Source: Mycobacterium sp.
Lineage (GTDB): Bacteria > Actinomycetota > Actinomycetes > Mycobacteriales > Mycobacteriaceae
Strand: one strand, 5' to 3'
Length of the DNA stretch: 64,000 nucleotides
NCBI GenBank assembly: GCA_049647605.1
Contig: JBARXZ010000161.1
Below are positions 38,082-47,876 of this stretch, one piece after another. Below the pieces are notes generated by a model. The model was given only the letters and a program-made list of their open reading frames with translations. It ran no database searches and was not told the origin of the DNA. The first letter of the stretch is position 1, and every line of letters begins with the position of its first letter. The translations under genes and the position numbers were made by a program.

Positions 38082-38942
38082 GTGACTCAGGCCGATGCGG
38101 TGGCAGAACAGGGCGTGGATTTCTTTGCTCACAATCGGGCGAACTGGGACCAGCGAGCTGTTCTACACGCCGCGCGGGACGGCTCCGGCTATGGTGTTCA
38201 GACGCTCATCAACGACCCCGGCGCACTGTCAGAAGTCGTCAGATTTGATCTGCCGCTACTTGGAGACATCACAGGCATGCGTGCGGTGCATCTGCAGTGC
38301 CACATCGGTACCGACACCATCTCCCTTGCCCGACTTGGTGCTGAGGTCACCGGCCTCGACTTTTCCGAGCAGTCTCTCGAGGAAGCGCGACGTATTGCCT
38401 CAGACGCTGGGCAGAACGTCAACTTTGTTCACGCAGACGTGCGGCAAGCGGTCGAGGCTCTGGGGCCTGGCGGTTTCGATCTCGTGTACACCGGCATCGG
38501 CGCACTGTGCTGGTTACCCAGCATCGAAGAGTGGGCAATGGTGGTAGCCGGACTCCTGGCTCCTGGCGGGTCGCTGTTCATTCGGGAGGGGCACCCCATC
38601 CTCTGGGCGATGGACGAGTCTCTCGATGATGATCTACACCTGCGTTTTCCGTACTTCGAGCATTCGGCACCTCTCGAATGGGATGACGACCAAACCTACG
38701 TAGAGACCCCGGGAACGCTGACCGCAACCAAAACCTATGAGTGGAACCACTCGCTCGGCGAAATCGTCACCGCGTTGCTGGTCAACGGTCTGCGTCTTGA
38801 CGCAATGGTTGAGCATGACAGCGTTCCGTGGGAAGCGCTCCCCGGTCAAATGACTCGACGACCCAACGGCGAATGGGAGCTGACCAATAGATCAGGCGTC
38901 GCACCCTTGAGCTACACCCTCCGAGCTACAAAAATCGTCTGA
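38082..38942 (+). CDS. Class I SAM-dependent methyltransferase
   Basis: VHLQCHIGTDTISLARLGAEVTGLDFSEQSLEEAR and LVYTGIGALCWL. Confidence 0.8.
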   Translation: MTQADAVAEQGVDFFAHNRANWDQRAVLHAARDGSGYGVQTLINDPGALSEVVRFDLPLLGDITGMRAVHLQCHIGTDTISLARLGAEVTGLDFSEQSLEEARRIASDAGQNVNFVHADVRQAVEALGPGGFDLVYTGIGALCWLPSIEEWAMVVAGLLAPGGSLFIREGHPILWAMDESLDDDLHLRFPYFEHSAPLEWDDDQTYVETPGTLTATKTYEWNHSLGEIVTALLVNGLRLDAMVEHDSVPWEALPGQMTRRPNGEWELTNRSGVAPLSYTLRATKIV

Positions 38943-39033
38943 CCGACCGAAGGTATTGCTGCGCAATGCGTGTCGCGGATCTGGATTTGTCCGCATGCCT
39001 TGGGTCGGTGACCGGTAGCCGCCGCGGCACAGC

Positions 39034-39471
39034 TCAGTCCAGGTCGGCGAGAACCCTGCGGGCCGCTTCCAATTCGCTCTCGAGGGCGGCGACTCTGGCG
39101 GCCTGCTGAGAGCGGGCCTCGCCGATGATCTCGTCGATCGGCGTGGAAAGGTCCTCGTGCAGTTCCTTGGCCGCCCGCGAGACGGCTGCTGCTGCAACCG
39201 CGATGTTGCGGGCCAGATAGCTCGAGCCCTGCTTCAGATCGGCGCGCCAATCGCCATCGGCGGTACCGGTCACCGTGAGGGTGAGCTCGAGGGTCTTGGT
39301 CTTCCTGCCGGAAGTCTTCTTGGCCGGAGCCTTCTTGGGCTGTTCCTCGGCCGGAGCATCGGCGCCGGGAAACACCACGCTCTCAGACGAGATGTTTTCG
39401 TCGGGAAGGGTTGAGACGTCCGGAGTGTCGGTGGGGGCGGACGGCGCTTCTGGCAGAGTGGTTACAGTCAT
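39034..39471 (-). CDS. Hypothetical protein (Pro/Ala/Lys-rich N-terminal half, helical C-terminus)
   Basis: 145-aa ORF. No recognisable motif. Confidence 0.55.
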   Translation of the reverse strand: MTVTTLPEAPSAPTDTPDVSTLPDENISSESVVFPGADAPAEEQPKKAPAKKTSGRKTKTLELTLTVTGTADGDWRADLKQGSSYLARNIAVAAAAVSRAAKELHEDLSTPIDEIIGEARSQQAARVAALESELEAARRVLADLD

Positions 39472-39694
39472 CGGTGCGGCGAACTCCTTCTGAACATCGC
39501 CCGTGGTGTCCGGGCCGGATGCCAGCCATTAGAACACATGTTCGACCATCTGGCCCAATCTCACCCCCCGGTTGGTGTACGGCGGTGCGATGTGCGCGAG
39601 GACCGGGCGGGGGACCGCATGTGATGGCGCACGCCTCCCGAAGTAGGGTCGTGGCAATTTGGTTGCGACAGACCTTTCGAAGGAGAGTGGGGCA

Positions 39695-40477
39695 GTGGTG
39701 AGCCTGACCGGCGAGCTCGACCCGGCCGAGTTGGTGACGGCCTGGGATGACCAGCAAGCGGCGTACATCGCCGACCGTGAATCCCGGTTCCGCATCATGG
39801 TCGAGGTGGTGAGGCTGTCCTGCGGTGAGGCGCCGGTGGTGGTCGATCTTGCGTGCGGACCCGGATCGTTGAGCGCCCGTGTCCTGCAGGATATTCCGCA
39901 GGCGCGGGTATTGGCTGTCGATTTCGATCCGCTGCTGCTCGATCTTGCGAAGCGGACACTCACCACCGCGTACGGGGACCGGGTGACCACGGTCGAGGCC
40001 GACCTGGCCGACACGAGCTGGGCTGAAGTTGTGGCCGAGATTCTCGATGGCGCGTCGGTGTCGGCGTTCGTGTCCACCACAGCGCTGCACTGGCTTCGGC
40101 CCGAGGACCTGATCGGCGTGTACCGCGCGGCCGCCGCGATGTTGCCCAAGGGGGGAATCCTGTTGAACGGAGACCACTTCCGATTCGACAGCCGCTCACC
40201 GATGCTGAAAAAGCTTGCCGCCGCGCATGATGACGCTACTCAGGCTCGCAGCCACGCGGCGGGTGCTCTGACCTGGGACCAGTGGTGGGCCGCGGCGTCG
40301 GCGCGGCCCGGCGGTGAAGCCCTGGCGGCGCTGCGTGCCGAACGGTTTCTGCACCGCGAGTCGCCACCGAGTACGGCGGTCGACTTCCACCTGGCCGCAT
40401 TGGCGCAAGCGGGGTTTTCCGAAGTCGGCACGGTCTGGCAGTTGCTGGACGACTACGTGGCTTTCGGGGTCAAGTGA
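39695..40477 (+). CDS. Class I SAM-dependent methyltransferase
   Basis: VVVDLACGPGSLS..VLAVDFDPLLLD. GTG 39695 lies 9 nt after AAGGAG. The ORF is open from 39659. Confidence 0.75.
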   Translation: MVSLTGELDPAELVTAWDDQQAAYIADRESRFRIMVEVVRLSCGEAPVVVDLACGPGSLSARVLQDIPQARVLAVDFDPLLLDLAKRTLTTAYGDRVTTVEADLADTSWAEVVAEILDGASVSAFVSTTALHWLRPEDLIGVYRAAAAMLPKGGILLNGDHFRFDSRSPMLKKLAAAHDDATQARSHAAGALTWDQWWAAASARPGGEALAALRAERFLHRESPPSTAVDFHLAALAQAGFSEVGTVWQLLDDYVAFGVK

Positions 40478-41490
40478 AGACCGCGCTGGCTGCCGCAGCC
40501 ATGGCACTCGCGGCGACAGTGGTCGCCGGATGCGGAGCGGACTCTGCCACCGGCGACGCCGCGATCACCACCGAGGTTCGCGGCACCGATGGTTTTCCGG
40601 TGTCGCTCCAGAATTGTGGGATGACCGTCGAGGTGCCGGCCGCCCCGACGCGGGCCATCTCGGTAAATCAGCCGGCCACCGAGTTGCTGCTGACGTTGGG
40701 GCTGGCCGACCGGATGGTGGGCACTGCCTCGTGGAACGATCCGGTGGCACCTGAACTGGCGGCTGCCAACGCCCAAGTGCCCGAGTTGAGTGCCGACTTC
40801 CCGTCGTTGGAGACTGTTCTGGAGCAGGAACCCGACTTCATCTACGCCACGTTCGCTTACACCTTTTCCGGTGAGGGAATAGCACCGCGGGACCGCTTCG
40901 CGAAACTCGGAATACCGACCTATCAGTCGTCGAGCGAGTGCACCGGCCAGGATGCGGTTCAGGAGAAGGCGTTGACGTTCGACGACATGTACGCCGAGAT
41001 TACCGACATCTCACGGGTATTCGGGATCGAGGAAACCGGTGAGGCCCTGGTGGATTCGTTGAAGGAGCGAGTGGCCGGCGCAACGGGCGGGTTGAATGCC
41101 TCCGACGCCACCCTGATGTACTGGTACTCGAACACGCGCACACCGTACATCGCGGGTTGTTGTGGGGCGCCGGGGTTGATCACGGAAAGCGTTGGCGCAC
41201 AAAATGCGTTTGCCGATAGCCGTCAGCTGTGGCCGGAAACCTCCTGGGAGGCGATCTTGGATCGCGACCCTGATGTTCTGGTGCTGGCCGATTTGACCCG
41301 AGGCGACGACGGCGACAGCGCAGCTGCCAAAATTCAATTCCTGGAAAATGATCCGCTGGCAAAACAGCTGACGGCCGTGCGCGAAAAGCGCTACGTGATC
41401 CTCTCGGGAACAGCGCTGGATCCGTCGCTGCGCAATGTCGATGCCGTCGAAACCCTGTCCTCGGCATTGCGCGACATGGGGGTTGGCTGA
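40474..41490 (+). CDS. ABC-transporter periplasmic binding lipoprotein, iron-siderophore/cobalamin (FecB/BtuF-like) class
   Basis: Lipobox (..ATVVAGCGADS). Pattern RAISVNQPATELLLTLGLADRMVG .. PDFIY .. PDVLVLAD. GTGA overlap with the upstream methyltransferase. Confidence 0.8.
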   Translation: MKTALAAAAMALAATVVAGCGADSATGDAAITTEVRGTDGFPVSLQNCGMTVEVPAAPTRAISVNQPATELLLTLGLADRMVGTASWNDPVAPELAAANAQVPELSADFPSLETVLEQEPDFIYATFAYTFSGEGIAPRDRFAKLGIPTYQSSSECTGQDAVQEKALTFDDMYAEITDISRVFGIEETGEALVDSLKERVAGATGGLNASDATLMYWYSNTRTPYIAGCCGAPGLITESVGAQNAFADSRQLWPETSWEAILDRDPDVLVLADLTRGDDGDSAAAKIQFLENDPLAKQLTAVREKRYVILSGTALDPSLRNVDAVETLSSALRDMGVG

Positions 41491-41506
41491 CTCCAGGGCC
41501 GTTTTG

Positions 41507-42949
41507 CTATCGGCCGGCGGCCTCGTGCATCCGGCGGGTTTCCCCCCGAACGTAATCGGCAAGGCTCGTGTCGGAATCGACGCAGCGGAACCCGGTGGCC
41601 TCGATTTTTGCCAGGTCCAGAACACTGTTTGCCGGACGTGGCGCCACCGGGGCCGCGGCCTCGCCGAAGTACTCTGCGGCGGGTACGCCGCGCACTCGAG
41701 CCGGATTGTGGCCGGCCAGGGAGAACGCGCGTTGGGCTACGTCAGCCCATGAGGTCACCGACCCGGAGCCGGTCACGTTGTAGGTGCCGTACGGCGCAGC
41801 CGTCTCGGTGAGGTGCCGGATGGCTTGCGCCAGTTCCGAGGTGAATGTCAAACGTCCGAACTGATCGTTGACCACCGATGGATCGACGCCTCGATCGGCC
41901 AGAGACAGCATGGTGCGCACAAAATTTCGTCCGTCGCCGATCACCCACGAAGTGCGCAGGATGTAGTGGCGTGGCACCATGGCCACGACCTGATCGCCGG
42001 CAGCCTTTGTCTGTCCGTAGACACCGAGCGGGGCCACTGCGTCGTCCTCGCGGTATGGCCGTGTCGTGACACCGTCGAAGACGTAGTCGCTGGAAATGTG
42101 CACGACCGTCATACCGTGCGCGGTGGCGACACGCGCCAGTTCGGCGACGCCGGTCACGTTGGCGGCCCACGCCGCGAGGCGACCTTCTTCGCTCTCGGCA
42201 GCATCAACAGCGGTGAACGCCGCAGCGTTGATGATCGTGTCGTAGTCCCGCCAAGCGCGTGCGGAACCCAGGGTGCCGGAGGTGAGATCGAGGTCGGCAC
42301 GCTCGGCGAACTCGACGTGTGGTGCGTCGGCATACACGGTGCGCAACGCCCGACCCAACTGACCGGAAGCGCCGAGGACCAACGTTCGTCGCGGTGCGAC
42401 GGGGGTGACGTCGGCCAGGCCCGGCTGGGCGCGATCCTTCGCGGAAAGCTGGGCGTGCTCCAACGGTATCGGCCAGCTGATACCCACGGTCTGGTCGGCA
42501 GGATTCACCGACGGGTAATCGACCTCCGGCGAATAGTGATCGTTGACCAGGTAGGCATAAGCGGTATTCGGTTCCAACGTCTGGAATGAATTCCCCACTC
42601 CGCGAGGCACAAAGACTGCGCGTGACGGATCGAGTTCGGTTGTGAACACGGTTCCGAACGTCGGACCGGCGCGCAGGTCGATCCATGCTCCAAAGATTCG
42701 TCCGGTCGCCACCGAGACGAACTTGTCCCAGGGCTCGGCATGGATGCCCCGCGTTGTGCCCACCGCATCGTTGAACGAGATGTTGTTCTGCACGGGGCCG
42801 AAGTCCGGAAGCCCGGCGGCAACCATCTTCGCGCGTTGCCAGTTCTCCTTGAACCACCCGCGGTTGTCGCCGTGCACCGGCAGCTCCCACACCGTGAGTC
42901 CCGGAATTGGGGTTTCGGTGGCGCTCAGGACCTTGCCGTACTCTGTCAA
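41507..42949 (-). CDS. rmlCD: Fused dTDP-4-dehydrorhamnose 3,5-epimerase / dTDP-4-dehydrorhamnose reductase
   Basis: N-terminal cupin (..HGDNRGWFKENW.., RGIHAEPWDKFV). C-terminal Rossmann reductase (LVLGASGQLG.., YGQTKAAGD). Confidence 0.85.
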   Translation of the reverse strand: MTEYGKVLSATETPIPGLTVWELPVHGDNRGWFKENWQRAKMVAAGLPDFGPVQNNISFNDAVGTTRGIHAEPWDKFVSVATGRIFGAWIDLRAGPTFGTVFTTELDPSRAVFVPRGVGNSFQTLEPNTAYAYLVNDHYSPEVDYPSVNPADQTVGISWPIPLEHAQLSAKDRAQPGLADVTPVAPRRTLVLGASGQLGRALRTVYADAPHVEFAERADLDLTSGTLGSARAWRDYDTIINAAAFTAVDAAESEEGRLAAWAANVTGVAELARVATAHGMTVVHISSDYVFDGVTTRPYREDDAVAPLGVYGQTKAAGDQVVAMVPRHYILRTSWVIGDGRNFVRTMLSLADRGVDPSVVNDQFGRLTFTSELAQAIRHLTETAAPYGTYNVTGSGSVTSWADVAQRAFSLAGHNPARVRGVPAAEYFGEAAAPVAPRPANSVLDLAKIEATGFRCVDSDTSLADYVRGETRRMHEAAGR

Positions 42950-42968
42950 AGCTGCTCCGCCACTGTAG

Positions 42969-44836
<1,868 letters not shown>

Positions 44837-45010
44837 GGCACCATCGTGGCATGGACCAGTTCGTCCGGACCGGCCCTTCGGCTGTCGGTTCCCGCCGAGA
44901 TTCTGCGGACTTCGCTTGATCATGTGGCTGGCACCATTCGGGATGTCCGGAGGCTTCACTTCTTGAGGACCAAGAACTTCCTGGAGAGTTGCGGCAGCGA
45001 CCTGCCGTAC

Positions 45011-46834
45011 CTACTGCTGGCGGTCACTACGGGACGGGCGAGCCTCGGATCGGGTGCGCTCCCTGGCGGCTGGACCGGAGGCACTGCCCTCGGATTTCTC
45101 CCGGACACCGGCCTTGGTGGCTCGGTTGACCTTCGTTTCGACAGCCTCCGTTTCGGCAGCCTCAGTGCTGGTAGCTTTCGTGTCGTCAGCTTTTGTGTCG
45201 TCGGAACCGGTGTCGTCAACGGTGGAGAGCCCGGTCTCCGAGGCGTCGGTGTCGGTCTCTTCGGCAACCGAGCCGGAAGTGCCGGTGATGTCGCCGGTTT
45301 CGGTGACGGTACTCGTTTCCGGGGTGGAGCCGTTGTTGCCGGCGAGGACATCAGCAGCCGCCGCGGTCTCGGGGACGGCGCCGTCGTCGGGAGAGTTCGC
45401 GGAGTCGAGAGCCGGTATCACCGTGGTGTGGCCCGGATCGATCGAGGCCGGCGAGATCGACGCTGAGGTGGCGGCGTCGTCCTCCGGGTACCCGCCGGCG
45501 TCGGCAAGGCTGCCTGGCTGCGCCGAAGTGGCGTCGGTGATGACGGCGACCGCATTGGCGATAGCAGTCTGGATTCCGGTGACGAGTTGGAAGAGGGGCC
45601 CCCCGTCATGGCATTCGCCCACACAATCCGGGTCCTTCACCGACAGCAGGCCGGCCCACGGATTGGCTGGGCCACCGGGTCCATCGGGGTCGTGGCCGAA
45701 GAGAAAGGCGTCCACGACTGCGCCGGGCATGACAGCCAGCGCAGTGAGTGCTGCGATGAGGTCCCCGGATGACATCTTGGACATCGCGGCGCCGAGGGAC
45801 TGCGAAGCTGCATTTGTTGCGCTGCTGAGCGGCGACAGCATGACCTGGATCGCGTGGCCCAGGCCGGCATGGGCCACGTTCGCACCGTTCTGGAAGATCG
45901 ACAGCGCCAGCGCAAGGGCACCGGGACCGGCAGTCACGGAGTTGTTGTTGCCGAAGAGGTTGAAGGCCGCGGCCAGCAGCGCCGCGCCGGCATCTGCCCG
46001 CACAAAATTGTTGCTGCCGAATGCGTTTACGGCGGTGGCGAGGATCCCTGCCATTTCCACGGTGCTGTTGCCGACGAAGTTGAGCGCGCTTCCGATGAAT
46101 CCCTGCGCCAGCACCTGACCGTCGCCGAAGAGATTGAGGGCGAGGGTGCCGAGGAGTCCGGCGGTGGTGGATTGCGTCCCGCTGCCCCCGGGTGCCAAGC
46201 CGAGGGCGAGATTGAGAAGCCCGATCGCTGAACTCATGCCCGGACCCAGTTGCAGGACCAAGTTGCCCACACCGGTGGCCCCGGTGGCCTCAGTGGCTGG
46301 TGAACCGCTGCCGTTCGCGAAACCGATGACCAGATTGAGTCCGCCGAAGGCGGCGCTGGTTCCCGGCCCTAGTTGAATGATCGTGTTGCCGCCGCCGATG
46401 ACGCTGGTGGCTTGTGGTCCGCTGCCGTCCGAGATACCGATGACGAGGTTGGCGCCACCCATCGCCGAGGCGGTACCCGGCCCGAGTTGACCGAGGAACC
46501 CGAACACCGAAGAAAGCGCCGATGCCACCGCGTCGACGCCGGCCGCCGCAGCGAGGGTGAAGGCGCTGGCCGCGGCGGTGGCACTGGCATTGGGGCCGAT
46601 CGCAAATGCGCCACTGAAGAGGCCAGTGGCGGCATTCGCTTGTGCCCCTTCGCCGATCCCGATCGCGAAACTTGTCAGGTTGCTGGTGCAGCCGTTGCCG
46701 TTTCCGAGCCCGAAGATCGATATACATGAGGCGTTGGCGACCGGGGCTCCATGGAGGGTCCCCGCCACGAGCGCGCCGGAGACCAACGCGGCGGCTAACG
46801 CACTTCCTTTACCCCGAACCGGATTCATCGACAT
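45011..46834 (-). CDS. Secreted Gly/Ala/Asn-rich repeat protein with acidic Thr/Asp/Glu-rich C-terminal tail
   Basis: Signal peptide (..GAPVANA/S). About three copies of an approximately 38-aa unit QLGPGTSA.GG.NLVIG...GSG..AT. A further set of N.FG(N/S/D)N repeats. RBS GAGGAA before ATG 46834. Confidence 0.7.
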   Translation of the reverse strand: MSMNPVRGKGSALAAALVSGALVAGTLHGAPVANASCISIFGLGNGNGCTSNLTSFAIGIGEGAQANAATGLFSGAFAIGPNASATAAASAFTLAAAAGVDAVASALSSVFGFLGQLGPGTASAMGGANLVIGISDGSGPQATSVIGGGNTIIQLGPGTSAAFGGLNLVIGFANGSGSPATEATGATGVGNLVLQLGPGMSSAIGLLNLALGLAPGGSGTQSTTAGLLGTLALNLFGDGQVLAQGFIGSALNFVGNSTVEMAGILATAVNAFGSNNFVRADAGAALLAAAFNLFGNNNSVTAGPGALALALSIFQNGANVAHAGLGHAIQVMLSPLSSATNAASQSLGAAMSKMSSGDLIAALTALAVMPGAVVDAFLFGHDPDGPGGPANPWAGLLSVKDPDCVGECHDGGPLFQLVTGIQTAIANAVAVITDATSAQPGSLADAGGYPEDDAATSASISPASIDPGHTTVIPALDSANSPDDGAVPETAAAADVLAGNNGSTPETSTVTETGDITGTSGSVAEETDTDASETGLSTVDDTGSDDTKADDTKATSTEAAETEAVETKVNRATKAGVREKSEGSASGPAARERTRSEARPSRSDRQQ

Positions 46835-47171
46835 CCTTGTTCCTCGCAGGTGATTCCGAACGCGCATGCTACGCCAATGGCCTTGCACCACTGACCGTTT
46901 TGCGGCAGAAACTCACGCCACTGCAAGGTTATTGCGGTGCGGCGGGGGCTACAGCGGTACAGCCAGTAAGTGAAGTGGAGTGCAACCTACCGCACAATGT
47001 GGTGCAATCAGGTTTCGGGTCGCCCTAAAACAGTGTGTGGCTGCATGTCTGACGACGAGTGTTGAAACGCCTTAACTCCGAACGTTATTGCATTCTTTTC
47101 GTGAGCGCACGATGACGCGACCCGGCTGGATCCATTCTCAACGGAGATCTCGACCGAGGAAAGGTGCGTTC

Positions 47172-47531
47172 ATGATTTCTGCACGGTGGCTACGAGGCGT
47201 TGTTGTGGCCGGGGGTTTGATCGCGGTGGGTTGTCCGACCTTCGCAGGTCCGGCATCGGCCGACCCGATCTTGGACGCGTTGGCCACCACAACCTGTAGT
47301 TACACACAGGTGACGGATGCGATGAATGCAGAGACACCGGCCCTCGCCGCCCAGCTGAGACTGCGGCCCGACATGCAGGCCAATTTGCGGGAGTTCTTGG
47401 CGATGCCGGTGGAGCAGCGCCGGCAGCAGATCACTCAGGTGCAAGCCGCCAATTCGCAGCTTCAGGAGATCCTCGCCGCGGCGATCGGCCCGCAGGTCGC
47501 ACAGGTGGCCAACTCCTGCGCGGCCTACTGA
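47172..47531 (+). CDS. Hemophore-related protein (Rv0203 family)
   Basis: Signal peptide, then ..TTCSYTQVTDAMNAE.PALAAQL...P..QANLREFLA.P..QR.. and C-terminal ..VANSCAAY, with the family's conserved Cys pair. Confidence 0.75.
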   Translation: MISARWLRGVVVAGGLIAVGCPTFAGPASADPILDALATTTCSYTQVTDAMNAETPALAAQLRLRPDMQANLREFLAMPVEQRRQQITQVQAANSQLQEILAAAIGPQVAQVANSCAAY

Positions 47532-47852
47532 CGGCGGGCCCTCCGGCGGGGCCTGGGGACGACCCGGGCGCGTCACAGTCACGCATACATCCGTAACGCC
47601 TCCGGTTCCGCGTCGAACCGCCGTGCTCGGCTGGATCGGTGTAGCCAACAGCTATCGTCCATCATCGTTTTCGTTTGCATTTAATGGCTCTGAACTGCGG
47701 ATATCGACCCCCGTCTTGATCGGCCTCAAGGGTCTCGCGATGTTTGCTGACAGCGAATTCGGCCGGTGTCGTTCCTCGATGATCACGTCGGGGGAGTGGT
47801 CGCTTTCGTTGCTCGTTTGGGTCGAGTCGCACGAAACCGTCCCCGCCGTCAA

Positions 47853-47865
47853 TTAAACGGTTTAA
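47853..47865. promoter_or_regulatory. AT-rich palindrome TTAAAC-G-GTTTAA overlapping a TAAAGT -10-like hexamer just upstream of pfaD
   Basis: The 6-bp arms are exact reverse complements. TAAAGT (47863-47868) lies 8 nt before GTG 47877. Confidence 0.35.
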
Positions 47866-47876
47866 AGTCCCACACC

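Noticed and set aside
45054-46118. 354-aa Ala/Ser/Pro-rich ORF on the plus strand opposite the Gly-rich repeat protein gene.
   Set aside because: The minus-strand frame has a signal peptide, an RBS and a coherent repeat architecture. The plus-strand ORF is the complement of Gly/Ala codons and has no start context.
46141-46501. Repetitive DNA that might be mistaken for a CRISPR-like or tandem non-coding repeat.
   Set aside because: The repeats are imperfect, in frame, and encode the roughly 38-aa protein repeat. There is no repeat-spacer periodicity or cas genes.
46892-47171. Cluster of TTATTGC / TGCAAT half-sites in the divergent promoter region between the repeat-protein and hemophore genes, as a fifth operator site.
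   Set aside because: Only 6-7-nt half-sites are present, without the full palindrome or fixed spacing, so they could arise by chance in an AT-richer intergenic region. They are mentioned only as a weak lead under the palindrome finding.
47766-47876. N-terminal extension of the pfaD ORF (MSFLDDHVGG.. from 47766).
   Set aside because: The extension runs through an AT-richer promoter-like region containing the TTAAAC-G-GTTTAA palindrome and has poor coding character. Starts at GTG 47877 or 47907 give a typical PfaD length.
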